Assembly: GCA_002104905.1 (NCBI GenBank)
Contig: MCFE01000052.1
Coordinates: 62,001 to 126,000 of the forward strand
Origin: Basidiobolus meristosporus CBS 931.73
Taxonomy: Eukaryota; Fungi; Basidiobolomycota
Reading direction: 5' to 3'
Length of the DNA: 64,000 nucleotides
Part shown: positions 48,354-60,976 of the stretch, in pieces
How positions within the stretch are numbered: the first letter of the stretch is position 1
Layout of the letters: each line of letters starts with the position of its first letter
Program-made: the position numbers and the translations under genes
Notes under the pieces: model-generated
Seen by the model: only the letters and a program-made list of their open reading frames with translations
What the model was told of the DNA's origin: nothing
Database searches by the model: none

Positions 48354-50330
48354 GGTATGTGAGATTGTGATAGGAGAGGGAGATTCTGAATTGCAAGTGA
48401 CTTGAGTGTTTACTTTTATATTGTATGTGCCACAATTTAGACTTGACCATGGGAACTCGGTTGTCATGCTGAGTATATTGACCAGCGTATTATAGATCAA
48501 TATATCTTGTTAGACATCGTGCATTATACATCTATATATGATATATGCTAATAAAACCTTAAAGCTAATCGAACATGCGAATGGACCTAAGCTACGGAAC
48601 AGTTTCGATTCAGAATGTCGTTACCCCAAGGCCCATGGAAGTTGGGTCAGAGTTCCGGTTGACGATTATCACAGTGATACGATCAGAAACTACACGATTG
48701 GTATGGTCAGTTTGGACGGGATTATCGCTAAGCATTTACTTGACGAAACATGTATTTGAAGAAAATCTGTTTGTAAGCCTGTTTCTTCAGATATTTGGCT
48801 CACGATTAGCATCAATCGTTATAGCGATGTTAATCCCACAATGTTAATCAGAAGAAAACGGGTAGCTTGGTGGCTTGAATTTAATATTAGATCCGATCAA
48901 TCAAGTTCAACTGGTAAATCTACACCAGAATCCTCTATTTTCAACTTAGTTCCGATTAGATTGAAATCGGTATGAATATTGGTGGCGACAAGTAGAACTG
49001 GTGATGGGAATAATTGACAACCATGTTGTACTAATTAGTGCTCCCCTGGTCTCATTCTGATTGGGGTCAAGGTACATGCCAATTCTGAGCCATAAGAATA
49101 CATGATGCCTTACATAATAGCGTAATACCCTAACCACCAATTAGTTTTCTATTTCTAAATCCCTGCAGTAGTGAAAGAGCAGCGCTTTGGCAACATGGAT
49201 TTTTAATTTCTATCATACTTTGTCAGTAGCCTTGTATAGAGTGGTATATGGTGTTTGTTGCAGGTCATGTATATATCCATTTGATCTATACTTGATGCAC
49301 CTATGTGAAAGCGAGAGTAAAACTTCAATACTGGCAGTACAGTTCAGGGTGTTTTGGGAATTTTAGATATTTTGGTGGGTTGACTTTGAACAACCCTAGT
49401 AAGCCCTTCTTTAGCTGGTCTTTTGCTACCTTCTAAGTGAACTACATTACGTGAACTCTCACCCTGAGTTCATGAAAACTATTATCTTAACTTTATTTGA
49501 TTTGTTGGCTGGCATGTATTAAAAGTGGCAGTAGGAGTCCGGAAATGATTAGGAGTATTTAGAACAAATGGCGTTTTTGACTTGTTGGTTTATAGAGTTG
49601 ACATTAAGTATTTAAATTCTTGGAGGGACTTTGAAGAGATAATGATGACAAAACGCTGAGGAAGGTCCTAAGTTGTATGCTAGGTTTGACACCATTTAGA
49701 AGATCTTGAAAATTTTGGTACCTTCCAGTATTTCTACAACTCTTAGTATTAGTGAACATCATACAAAGTTTACTCGATCAATAAATCTCAATATCATGTA
49801 CTCCGCCTTAATATATGATTGATTTGGTGCTGAACTAATTATTTGTAACAGTGTCCATCAGTGGGTTTGCTCTATGTTTCCATTCGAGTTGTAAAGCCCA
49901 ACTATCTGGCAAGGCAAAGCATGATACTACTAATCATAGATAAACTACATTATATTACTCAGGAGCGATGCTGTCGATGTGCTCTGATAATATAGCGACC
50001 AATCTTTACTATAGCCCGCAGAGTATTACTGCAGAGCTCACGATTTGTCCAGTACCTCAATATTCTAGATGAATCTGTGTGATAATCTTTGCAGTCAATT
50101 ACATTTGAAGTGGAAATCTATAATTTTATTCTCTGGCTAGGCTTTGAGTTGCAGAGTTTAGGAGATGTTGTGTGTAAGAAGATGTGTGAGAGAGAGCGAT
50201 ATTATCAAACTTTGGACATAAGATAAAAACAACATTCATTACTATGTTTATAACATTGGAATGAGCACTGCTCACTTTTCTCCATAAGTCCCCACCATAC
50301 ATCCCGAGTTGGTGTTTGGAGCCCTGGAAC

Positions 50331-50659
50331 TGCTGCAAACTTCGTATATACACCTAAATATTATTTATATTAATTCTGTCGCCTAGATCCCAGCATATGA
50401 ACTTTGCTGTTTCCTACCCAAATTCTTGTTGATATATATTTTCACCAAGATGACAGATACCCAGAATATCAAGTTTTTCAGAGTCATTGAAAAGCCCCCA
50501 AACTTGGCACACATGCTCTTGAGACCTTCCTAGACATTTTCTCAAGAGCTTGGATACGAATAAATACCTTTTTACGTTCAATAAATCATGAAGTAAAAAT
50601 CACATAATCTACTAGCTGTCCCAATCACTTCCAATATCTCCAAGAAAACGTTGACAACA
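50331..50659 (+). mobile_element. Diverged solo LTR of the same copia family
   Basis: TGCTGCAAA...CACCTAAATATT start, TATTTTCACCAA, CACATAATCTACT and CCCAATCACTTCCAATATCTCCAAGA...TTGACAACA end, all matching the 2483/6812 LTRs; no TSD. Confidence 0.85.
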
Positions 50660-51755
50660 GCACCTAGCAAGTTTAGCACTTTTCTAAATACGCATGAGGG
50701 TGCATGTCTTGGTTGATGATATTGAAGCAATAATGGAGGTAAATAGGCAATCATTAGCCAATTCTATATTCTTGTCAAAGTTCTACAAGTTACAAAAATT
50801 TCAGGTTCGTCCCAAACTCCGGCTTTTCCTCGAACTATTCATATCATAGCATTCATAGAGCTCCATAAAGATATAAATACTTTGTTCCAGCTGAGTAAAA
50901 CAGAAAGTGGATACTGTATATTTTTTTAGTTCCCAAGACATCTTGCCAAATTACTGCCGTTGTCTTTGCTGCAGTTACCAGGTTTCCAAAATTAAAATAC
51001 AGTAAAAAGCATTGGATACGCTTACAAATATTCGAATTTATTTTATTTATTATCTACAATGGAAAGCTAAAATCTTCATACGTCTGTAAATTTGGGAGAC
51101 CGTGCAGTGATTACATGGCAAGATGAAGGAAAACTCAATATCATTTGAACAGCCTCATTGCTAAGAATTAAGGAAATAGCAGATTTGAATATTGAAAATA
51201 TTTGAAATGTACCAGAGCATCTATGATGTCGTATGAGCTCCCGAAATATACGTTTGCTGCATATTCGTATTCATCTAGTTTGAATGCAATTTTTGGTTTA
51301 GGAAAATCTACTTCTCGTAGCATGTGATGCATGGGCTTGTTTGGCTTATTTATACATTTTCCGTAAGCTTGAATGTTGCCATGGAAAGATATGCGCAAAG
51401 TTTGGGGCCAAAGATCAAAAAGAACTTACGAAATTAGATGTAACCTATGCAACAATAACAAGAAGGGAATGGTTCGAGCTACCTTGGATATATTGATTTT
51501 ACAACATTTCGGAAGTGAAGGATAGTATTTAGGCGCATCGGAAGCAAAAGATATTCCTTATACCTCCATTACGATATGAGGGTGATCATAAGGCAAGCAC
51601 CCTTAAAGAGAATAGGAACCAGTACTCGAGATTATTAATCTGTTGGGCACGTGCACAGAAATTGCCATACTCTGTGTAACAGATGACACTCAATCTAGAT
51701 ACGATAATGAGGCATGTATAAATTGTTAGAAACCCGCTTTCACATTAACAGCGTC

Positions 51756-52856
51756 ATGAGCGGAAAACTTTTCGAGTCTATTCAAGTGGGTCGTAACAAG
51801 CTGGAGCATCGAGTCGTGTTGGCCCCACTAACACGTTTCCGGGCAAACGATCAAGGAGTCCCCCAAGATATCGCCAGATTATATTATGAACAGCGCGCAA
51901 GCAAAGGGGGTCTACTGATTACTGAGGCAACGTTTGTTTCTCCGGACGGCGGAGGACTTCCTCACGTCCCAGGTATTTACTCACCGGCACAAATTGAAGG
52001 CTGGAAAAAAGTCACTGAAGCCGTGCATAAGAAAGGGGGAGTAATCTATCTGCAACTATGGTTCTTAGGCAGAGCCGGTATGAGTATGTTCTTACCTGAT
52101 AAGCATCAACCTGTCTCAGCCTCAGCTATCGCAATTACCGGTCAAGTTCACCCTGGAATGCCCTACGAGACTCCTAGATCTTTGGAACTGAGTGAAATAC
52201 CACAAATCGTAAACTCTTACAAGCAAGCTGCTTTAAACGCTATTGAATCCGGGTTTGATGGGGTGGAAATTCATGGTGCCAACGGATATCTCATTGACCA
52301 GTTCATCAACACCAACAGTAATAAGCGTACTGACATGTATGGCGGATCTATCGAAAATCGTTGCAGATTGGCCCTGGAGGTGATTGAGGCGGTAAGCACA
52401 GCTATTGGTCAAGAGAGAACAGCAATTCGGTTATCGCCGTATAATACGTTTCAAGATATGAAGGAGGACACTCCGGTAGAAACTTTCTCGTACCTTACAA
52501 GCGAGATCCAAAAACGCTTTGCAAACCTGGCATTCCTGCATTTCATCAAACCACGGATCTCCGGAGACACTGAAATTGAAGGTGATGAGCAACCCTTAGG
52601 CCTTGAACCATTCCGTGAAATTTGGAAGGGAGCCTTTATCTCTGCTGGTGGATACACTCCCGAGTCCGCTCTCGAAGCCGCCGAGCAAACAGGCGATCTC
52701 ATTGCTTTTGGGAGACATTTTATTGCCAACCCCGACTTACCGGCGCGTATCAGGAACAACTGGGAACTCAACCCGTACAACAGAAGCACTTTTTACACCC
52801 CCGGCCCGCAAGGGTACATCGATTATCCTTTCCATGATTTGAGACAACATTTGTGA
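51756..52856 (+). CDS. Old Yellow Enzyme family NADH:flavin oxidoreductase
   Basis: LAPLTRFRA, GGLLITEAT, EIHGANGYLIDQF (His/Asn/Tyr), YGGSIENR, AFGRHFIANPDL and TFYTPG..GYIDYP; intronless; likely start MSGKLF at 51756. Confidence 0.95.
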   Translation: MSGKLFESIQVGRNKLEHRVVLAPLTRFRANDQGVPQDIARLYYEQRASKGGLLITEATFVSPDGGGLPHVPGIYSPAQIEGWKKVTEAVHKKGGVIYLQLWFLGRAGMSMFLPDKHQPVSASAIAITGQVHPGMPYETPRSLELSEIPQIVNSYKQAALNAIESGFDGVEIHGANGYLIDQFINTNSNKRTDMYGGSIENRCRLALEVIEAVSTAIGQERTAIRLSPYNTFQDMKEDTPVETFSYLTSEIQKRFANLAFLHFIKPRISGDTEIEGDEQPLGLEPFREIWKGAFISAGGYTPESALEAAEQTGDLIAFGRHFIANPDLPARIRNNWELNPYNRSTFYTPGPQGYIDYPFHDLRQHL

Positions 52857-53008
52857 CATGTAACAAAATAAATGGCAATCAGGCGTTTCACGAAAGATGA
52901 AGCAACCTCTTAGAGGGGATACTGTCGCGGTGAAACCTCGCTAACCATAAGGCTCTATGACTTTCCATCATAAAAAGAGTGGGACGGAGTTCGTGACTGG
53001 TAGTTAAA

Positions 53009-53443
53009 ATGCTGCTTTTCTTGACTGCTCCTTTACTTCTTTTCGCTCTTGTAGGAACAGTGGTGGGGGTGACCAGTAAAAAAGCACTTCGCCAGTACCA
53101 GGTGCTCCACAAAGAGCTGTTACGCGTGACCAAGTTCTCAGAGAAGCGTTTAGCAAAGTTGGAGAATCAACTAACAACAAGGAGCTTGGACACAGATATC
53201 CGCAGAAAGCGCGCTCGGGATGAATACATGGCATTGAATGAGAGCGTCAAGAACACTTATGAAGGTTGGCAACAGGCCATGGCCAATTTGGATGACGGCG
53301 TTAATCCGGTCGACGAGGAAATCAACGACCGCCTTCAACAAGACCGGTATGAATATTTAGATATTCAAAAGAAATATTATCAACAGTACTTCCAAACCGG
53401 GAAGAATCTCGAGAAATACATCCGAAAGTATACTGAGCAATAA
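53009..53443 (+). CDS. Hypothetical secreted or anchored coiled-coil protein (144 aa)
   Basis: Hydrophobic N-terminus MLLFLTAPLLLFALVGTVVG followed by charged helical sequence; no family recognised. Confidence 0.6.
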   Translation: MLLFLTAPLLLFALVGTVVGVTSKKALRQYQVLHKELLRVTKFSEKRLAKLENQLTTRSLDTDIRRKRARDEYMALNESVKNTYEGWQQAMANLDDGVNPVDEEINDRLQQDRYEYLDIQKKYYQQYFQTGKNLEKYIRKYTEQ

Positions 53444-53508
53444 ATAATGTACAAAGCTAAGCCTCTCGATGAGCACTATACAAAGAAGGTTTATTCGCTA
53501 TTATTGCA

Positions 53509-54763
53509 TTATTCGTTGCGAAGGTTGGCCAACACCTCGATCTTGATTTGTGCCATGACTTCGTCTTTGAGCAGATCTTGGATTGGATAGTTGAGTGATG
53601 CTTCGTAGGCATAGATAATGGCGGTGTCATGAATCGACATGAACTGCTTATTCAAGGCCTGTATGCAGTTGCACACACGAGCGATGGTCTCTCTTTCAAC
53701 CACTGAGATTTCCTGCATTAAGATTTAGATTGGGATGAATCTCAATCGCATAATGTGTTGGAGATCCGTACCTGGTTTTCATTGCTGTAAACTGCCTCGG
53801 GGTTGAGCTCAACTTCAGATTGTGGAACACTCTTACTAACCCAAATGTATCCGTTCAAGCCTAGAATCACATCCACTCCAAAAGGTAGAGTATGGAAATG
53901 AGACCGACTTCTTTGAACCAATGATGGGGATACAACGACGAAAGAGCCATTGCGTAGCTAGAAAAGCCTGTTGAAAACTCTGCTGAAACTCAGAAGGGCA
54001 ATGAGATGTATTTACCTTTCCGTATTTCAAACTACGTGTATGGAGGGACATAGCGCCGTCGCCAAAGAAGGCTTGGGCTTCAGCCTATCAAAACACCAAG
54101 TTAGTGCAATTCATCTACCGGCAAAAAAATTCACTTACCACCACTAAATCGCCCTCAGCGAAAAACATTCTCATTTGAAGCTCATCGGATTCGGATTTTC
54201 TACGTTGTACACCACCGGGCAAGTTAATGGAGGAGAGTAAAAGCACTGAATCTTGTCGCGAATTGGTGTCGACCTTCCAGCGCTTTTGACCGACCTGTTG
54301 TATAGGTGAGGTGAAGGGATTTTTAATTTCCAGTGAAACGAGAACACACTATCCCTCGGTTACTAACATCAATAATACGGCCAACAACAACATCGCCAAT
54401 TTCACCCGTATATCTAGATACTATATTAATATACACTACAAATTAGAGTCAAATTAACAAAAGTTTACCTGGAACGTAAAGGTTTCACCGAAATTAGCTT
54501 ATTGACACGCTCCACTACACCGGCAAGGGAGGATAATACACGCTCCTCGTCTAAGTAAGTACCATGACCTCTGAAGAAAATGGAACGTCAATACTCAAAT
54601 ATGATACTCCTATAACATATGCGATCGACCTCATGAAGGCAGTATCCGAAGTGATACATTCACCAGGAGTCACGATGTGACCAATATGGTTCTCAGTATC
54701 TTCAACCATGCTGTCATCCTTGAACTCCACCGGCGCCGTAGGGTTTAGAAAGCGGATGTTCAT
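53509..54763 (-). CDS. RRP4: Exosome complex component Rrp4, multi-exon
   Basis: IVTPGECITSDTAFMR|GHGT, ELQMRMFFAEGDLVV and C-terminal RETIARVCNCIQAL. Confidence 0.92.
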
Positions 54764-55242
54764 TGCTGTGGTTATTTATATGTAAAGATATTAAACACAA
54801 TAGCACAAGTAGTGCTCCCACCAAAATGCAGTCTTCAACTCAAAGGGAACTTTTTTTCTTTTTTCTTTCGTGCCTAATTCATTTGTTGTATCTGATTTAA
54901 ATTTAACCATAACTCTAGTCTCGATCTCAGCGTTCACGCTTAAGGTCCAATTAAGCTGACAAAGAAAATACTCACAGATCGATTGTATTCAGGGTAAATT
55001 TATTATGTGGGAATTGATTCAAAAGTGTTTGGTGTGAGTTTGTGACGTGAAATACCAAAGCTTCCCACGATAAAAAGCCAGGTGAATAACCCGACGGTTG
55101 ATATTTAGCACACCTAAGCTTGGTCACCTCAACTTAACGACCCCTTCTCATGTTAAGAGCTATCACTGCAGCATCCCGATATCATTATTCATCTTCACGC
55201 AGCATATATACAGGGTATAAGCGTACATATCGAACCTCCATT

Positions 55243-56506
55243 ATGAAGGGTGATAAAATCTTCGAGAATTGTAAGTAATTACCAAACCACAAAATTCCAA
55301 GCAGGCTTTCAAATACTAAACATTTCTTTTCAGTGAGGCCCTCTGCTTCGTGAGTGACCCTGTTTTCAACTTCTCCAGCGTCTGTGCATTCCCCATCAAC
55401 ATCTTGAAAGCTAACCTTTCATGAAGTTTAATCGCAGTGGCACCACATCGTTCAGGTGAATATGATTACAAAGTATTGATGTTACATCGGTTAGTACAGC
55501 ATACCTCAAGGAAAATTTCGGGTTGAACTTCGTCCTAAAGCTGTTTTGCTTGAATAGTTCCTCCAATATGTCGTCCTTCGTGAATGCCCATGTATTTCCA
55601 GGTGGAAATGTGGACGGCAACGAAAATTTGGAAGAGTGGCTGAAACCTACTAAGAGCCCCTTATACCAACAGAACGGCTACAATCCTTCCGAAGATGATT
55701 TTCTCAAGCTAAAACTCTGTGCCATTCGAGAGACATTCGAAGAGTCAGGTTTGTTGTTAGCTAAAACTAGCAACAACCAGGATAAGTTACATAATGTTGA
55801 TGAGCTTCAGAGATGGCGCAATCTGGTACGATATTCTCATCATTTGAGAGGATTAATACTTGATACTAATTAGGGACTATTCAAGATTTACAAGGATGCA
55901 AGCGAATTTATTGAGATTTGTAGGGAGCAGCAGATCTATCCAGCAGTGGGGGATCTTGTTCATTTCTCCAACTGGATTACCCCCATCAACTACCCTAAAC
56001 GGTACGACACACATTTCTTCTTGACGTTTGTGAGCTTCGATCTTGACGGGCTCCAGTCGACCGTCATTGCCGATGGCCAGGAGAGTTTACACACTGTTTG
56101 GTATACGCCAGGCGAAGCCCTATCAGAATTTGAGAAGGGTGATATCACTCTGTTCCCTCCTCAGTGGTACACCTTAAAGGAGCTGAGCCGAATAAAGAAA
56201 ATATCAGAACTGAAACAGTCTCTGAGCAACCACAAGAGGGTTATTCCATTCATACCACAGTTTCAGAAAGCGGATCCTGTGTCGGCTCAAAGCTTCGCTG
56301 TTCAAGATGCACAAAAGCTGTTCTCGATATTACCGGGAGATGAGGCATACTCTCTACCAAGTGTCGCTATCTCGAAGCCAGGCAATCGCCACCGCCTTTG
56401 GGTCTGTAAAGATAAGGATAGCCAGAGAATGACGAACATCCGGATGGAAAAAAATTGCGAGGTAGAAATCGACGAGTCTCAGGAGCCTTTAAAATCTAAG
56501 ATGTAA
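55243..56506 (+). CDS. NUDT19-like Nudix hydrolase (acyl-CoA diphosphatase type), multi-exon
   Basis: RPSAS, SFVNAHVFPGGNVD, CAIRETFEESGLLL, FSNWITP..YPKRYDTHFF and LFPPQWY.L. Confidence 0.87.
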
Positions 56507-57000
56507 TCAACCATCTCGCGTCCACAATCTGAGCAATAAAGCAAATGCCAACACCCAACTCCACCTTGACGCGCATATGTGGGTACTATTGGTTATGGAG
56601 TATTTATGGAAGTAATCTAGGAAAGTCCAAGATATCGAGTATATATGGAAGTCGATGCAGTATTTAGATTTCCTTTTCCAAGATGTTGCTTAAATCTGGA
56701 ACTGCTAAAATCGCGTCAACGACTAACTTAGTCCTGACAATGTTCTCTTTCGGAAGTCGAGGCTTCAATTCTCTAGTTTAATCTATTTTGGGATGCATCA
56801 ACTAAAATACTGAGATTTGCTTTCTTGGGATACACGGTGAGTACGTGACTCCAATATAAAACGGCGCGACAATACTTGATCGTTCACATACTTTTCTTTC
56901 GTGAGTGCGTTAGTATCACATTGCCTTCATTCACTTTCCATGGACCAAGCAGATCACCCATTGTATTGAACACAGAATAGAACAACCACCATCCTCAACC

Positions 57001-57501
57001 ATGCTATCGAACTGGTATCTATCCATGAAGCTTTTCTTTCATCGACATTTTATACTACGTCGCAAGAAAGATATTGACATACATGACCTTAATATGGAGA
57101 TGCTGAGTACTGAGCTAAAAAAACAGATTTCCAGTGAGTATCCGTACAGTTTCATAGGAGAAATCCTAGAGGATTTCCAATTGGAGCACGTTAACGATAC
57201 AAGTCAATGTTTCGACGATGTCCACAAGGATTTCGTTAATTTTTTGATCCAAGAAAGACCCCATCGAACAAAGCCCACAAACTCACACAAGTCTAGCTCA
57301 ACTCGATCTTGCGACGTTGAAACGGATTCTACGAAAATGTCCAGCGAGCGAGAATCCTCTGAGTACTCCATCATTCACACCGACGACGAGATCATCCTTA
57401 ACACCGCTGTGCCCTCTATGTCACTGGCAGATTCACAAAAGACACGCCAGGAAGCTGGCTTTATAAATGACAACACAGTAATGTGGGTTTCGGTTGAGTA
57501 G
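57001..57501 (+). CDS. Hypothetical protein (166-aa ORF, possibly with a further exon)
   Basis: ATG-started ORF with an upstream TATAAAA (~56856); helical N-half and Ser/Thr/acidic C-half; no family recognised. Confidence 0.45.
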   Translation: MLSNWYLSMKLFFHRHFILRRKKDIDIHDLNMEMLSTELKKQISSEYPYSFIGEILEDFQLEHVNDTSQCFDDVHKDFVNFLIQERPHRTKPTNSHKSSSTRSCDVETDSTKMSSERESSEYSIIHTDDEIILNTAVPSMSLADSQKTRQEAGFINDNTVMWVSVE

Positions 57502-57812
57502 AAACGAACCACCCAATACCATGTAAAGATTCCATTCATTCATTGAATCATTCCCTGTACACACTATACCCCTATCGGAATATGAAACCCTAACAATAAA
57601 TTGTTGACTCGAGTCGATTATATAGGAATTGATGTTTATGCAACGAATCGGGCGCTTCACGATAACTATTTCGTCGGTCCCAGTTATAACAATGTTTTAT
57701 AAGAAGCTCATAGGCAGAGCGATAATAAGTGCGGTACTGATGCTATAACTGTTCAGGGTTGCTTCATATTCCATTCTCTTCAGCTCTACCAGATGGACTT
57801 GCACTCGGCCGG

Positions 57813-58980
57813 ATGTTCAAAGTGGATATTTTTCTCAGCCTTTTAGGAGGTGTTGTTGGCATTTTCAGCTGTGTGCTGGTCATCATGTCCTACATTTTAT
57901 TATCCCGAAGTAACTCGTTACGACTGCGACTAATTCTATCCTTGACTGTAAGCGGTATAAGAATTTGGTGAACTACTTTCAAAGTGAAATGAGGTCTCCT
58001 AACTGGATTTACCTTGCCAAGACATAATCACCGCCCTAAACTCTATTATCACTCGCTCTCTGTATATGAAACACAGGCTCGAGCCTGGTGGACTATGCTC
58101 CTTTAACGGGGTGGTATGGCAGACTGCAGTGCAAGTAAGTACAAGGCACTCGTATGCTTTACCATGCTAAAAATTTCTTTGAGTAGGTTGGCGTTCGATC
58201 CAAGATCCTTTAGGATGGTTGAATCTAACATCTTTCTGGCAACGCAACATGATACTGGTACTTCTTGCCATATGGGGCCTCCCATTTCTTAATTCATGAG
58301 CGATTTTATTTACTGTAGGGTATACACCTGGTATCTTAACAATGATTGGTATATGTGACTTGGAAATTCGACTGATCGTTTGGTTCGTGTAGTGTCTGGT
58401 AACTGGTGCTGGATTCCACTTCAGCCAGTCTGGATTCGATTTTTGACCACCCATGTACCTCGTTACATGGTGATTATAACTGTGTTTGCTCTTTACTTCA
58501 GGCTGTACTTCAATGTCAGAAATGCCTTTGTCTCGCATAAAGAGGATCTGGAAAGTCTTGGCATGCAGACTAGCCAAGCCCCATACAGCTCAATCGTTCA
58601 ATCCATGAGGATTGATACTCAAGAGCCAACCCAAAGTGAGAGTAAGTTTGGTACACTCGCCTTCCAAAATAAGAAAACCCCGTAGTTACTTTTTCTATTC
58701 AGCTATGAGTGCAACAGGAATATCATCTCTTGGTAGATCGTCAGCAGACGAGCAAAGGCTGATCAAATCCATGAGATTGCCCACGTTGTATCCAATTATA
58801 TATATCCTGCTTTGGCTACCTGGGCTGATTAATCGAATCTTGAAGGCATGTGGGTTGTCAGTTCAGGTCATGATTATTCTACAGTCGTCCGTACAGTTCG
58901 AGGGCTTGGCTAATTGCATCTTGTACGGGCTTACCGAGTCGAAGAAGAATTGCTTGAGCGATTCTTTGATGTTTGAGTAG
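57813..58980 (+). CDS. Git3/Gpr1-type G-protein-coupled receptor, multi-exon (start approximate)
   Basis: TM1 with RLRLILSLTVS|D, GLCSFNG..WQ..VQ, SGNWCWI...RFLTTH, and Git3_C-like LYPIIYILLWLPGLINR ... EGLANCILYG. Confidence 0.75.
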
Positions 58981-60012
58981 CAGAAAGTTTTGGAATTCCA
59001 CTGCAACGCCACCAACTATCTGAGAAGTGAAATTTGGTATCTGGCGGGTATTCCCACTTGCTCATTGGGTCCAGTATATGACGCAATTGAGAACTCTAGT
59101 GTGGCTAATCTGGTACCATACAAACGAGAAGGTGTGCGTGACAGTGTTACTATGTTCAATCGCCAAACCGTAGTCGATGGACTTGAAATATCTACTTGTC
59201 TACACGGAATAGGGCTGCTGGTGGTTGCAAAAGATTCACCAGTAGCCTGCTTGTTTGACAGTAACAAGATATTTAAATTGGTGAGACTGGCTAATGTCTT
59301 GGGCAACATGCCAATGCCATAGTAACTTGAATTAAACCCAGCCATTACGCACATCTGAAAGGGTAATTGTTGGTGGCCAAACAAGCTTTAATATGCTCAC
59401 ATGCCTTGTCCGATTACATCCCTCTAAATATAAATGGGTAGAAGACTGGATTCGGTCTTTGATAATGTAAATAGAGCTTCATCAAAGGGTATAAAGCCTA
59501 GCCAACCATCTGGCATCTCACGAGCACACTCTTGATCCTGCAACTAGGAAAAGTTTACAGTAAAACTTTGTAGACTAATGAATTCCCCGTGTACTACATC
59601 GCAACACTTTTGCACATTTTATTGGAAAATTTATTTGAAGTACGATAAGGAAATAGTCCACCTTCCATACATGGATGGCTACGTCCAATTAGCTCCCTCC
59701 AAAGAGACATCCTGTTGGTTGAGATCATGGTATTCGCTTAGGGCGCTAATTCTCTCTCAGCCCTCTCACCAATCAGCGACTAGTAACAACCTCGTGGTAC
59801 TTTGAATGGGTTTTCGGTTCGTGCAACCTTCCAATCTCCACAGTGTGAATGATCCCACATTAGGTCAAGGCTCTGGCACTATAAGACCGCATTACACTCG
59901 AAAGCCCCTCAACATGCCCAGCCTTTTGATCACTGTTTGATACGTCCATTCCTTCGCCTTTCACCCACTCCGTTGGTTCGAAGTATATTGGTTTTGCGCT
60001 CTCATCAATTAT

Positions 60013-60830
60013 ATGGCTAGTTTAGATCTGGGAACCTATCCTGTGGCTAAAACGGTAGTTCTAGTTACAAAGCTTTTAGAGTCGATCATCAAGGCCAACG
60101 ATAAGCTACCAGCTAAAAACGTAACATGGTTTCATTCAAGGGCAGTGCCGAACATCACAGTCCAGTCATATCTGCACCGAATCTTCAAATTCGCTCCGTT
60201 TGATAACGAGGCACTGCTGGGTGTGCTGGTCTACTTCGATCGGATCACTGAATTGTCTGCCAAACGGAAGAGCAACTTCATCATCAACTCCTTGAACATC
60301 CATCGCTTGTTGATTGCAAGTTTGGCTGTGTCTACCAAATTCTCCTCCGACGTGTTCTATCCCAACTCCCAATACGCCAAGGTAATCAACCATATCAATG
60401 GGTAAGGTCTACAAAGTATACTCAACCTCGAGTGCTGTTTATCTAGATTGGTGGCCTTCCCTTGGCGGAGTTGAATCAATTAGAGCTGGAATTCCTCTTC
60501 CTTTGCGGATTCGATCTATTTGTAAAGCCTGAGACACTTCAGAGATATGGCGACAAATTGCTGACGTTAACTCGTTCAAAGGAAAAGATTCACAGCAATG
60601 TCGGCATCCTGCACGTGACCGCCAAGCGCAATATCTCGAGCGTTGAGGAAGAGGGTGCCAAAGAAGAGGACCAGAAGCAGTACTACAGAAGGAAAACGTA
60701 TCATCTCACCATTGACCAACCGTACACAACCCGAATCACAGTGGCCTCTTTGCTAGCAAGCTCACCCATCTTGAATGGCACAAGTGAAAAATGGTCGGAC
60801 ACTACACAGTTGACAACTCAACCAGTCTAA
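60013..60830 (+). CDS. Pho80/Pcl6-7-type cyclin, 2 exons
   Basis: join(60013..60381,60447..60830); FHSRAVPNITVQSYLHRI, NIHRLLIAS...KFSSD.FYPN..YAK|IGGLPLAELNQLELEFL. Confidence 0.92.
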
Positions 60831-60976
60831 GTCTGATGTCTTTCACGGTGATTCTCATGTAAATTTTTTACTTTCAATTCTCCTCGATTCAGTGCACCCT
60901 CATACCCGCCTAATGTACTTGTAATTAATTAAACAAAGCCGATGTTTTGCCATGTAATCCTTTTAATGAATGAAGT

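Noticed and set aside
51756-52856. Bacterial horizontal transfer of the intronless OYE
   Set aside because: The sequence looks like a typical fungal classical OYE; being intronless is not enough without a phylogeny.
59200-59330. Single plant-type LRR-like unit (LPKTLASLTNLNILLLSNKQATG) on the minus strand
   Set aside because: Only one repeat and no supporting repeats in other frames; could be chance or an unrecognisable relic.
19414-60830. Phosphate-signalling theme (SPX-RING and Pho80-type cyclin) as a gene cluster
   Set aside because: The two genes are ~39 kb apart with unrelated genes between them; no evidence of functional clustering.
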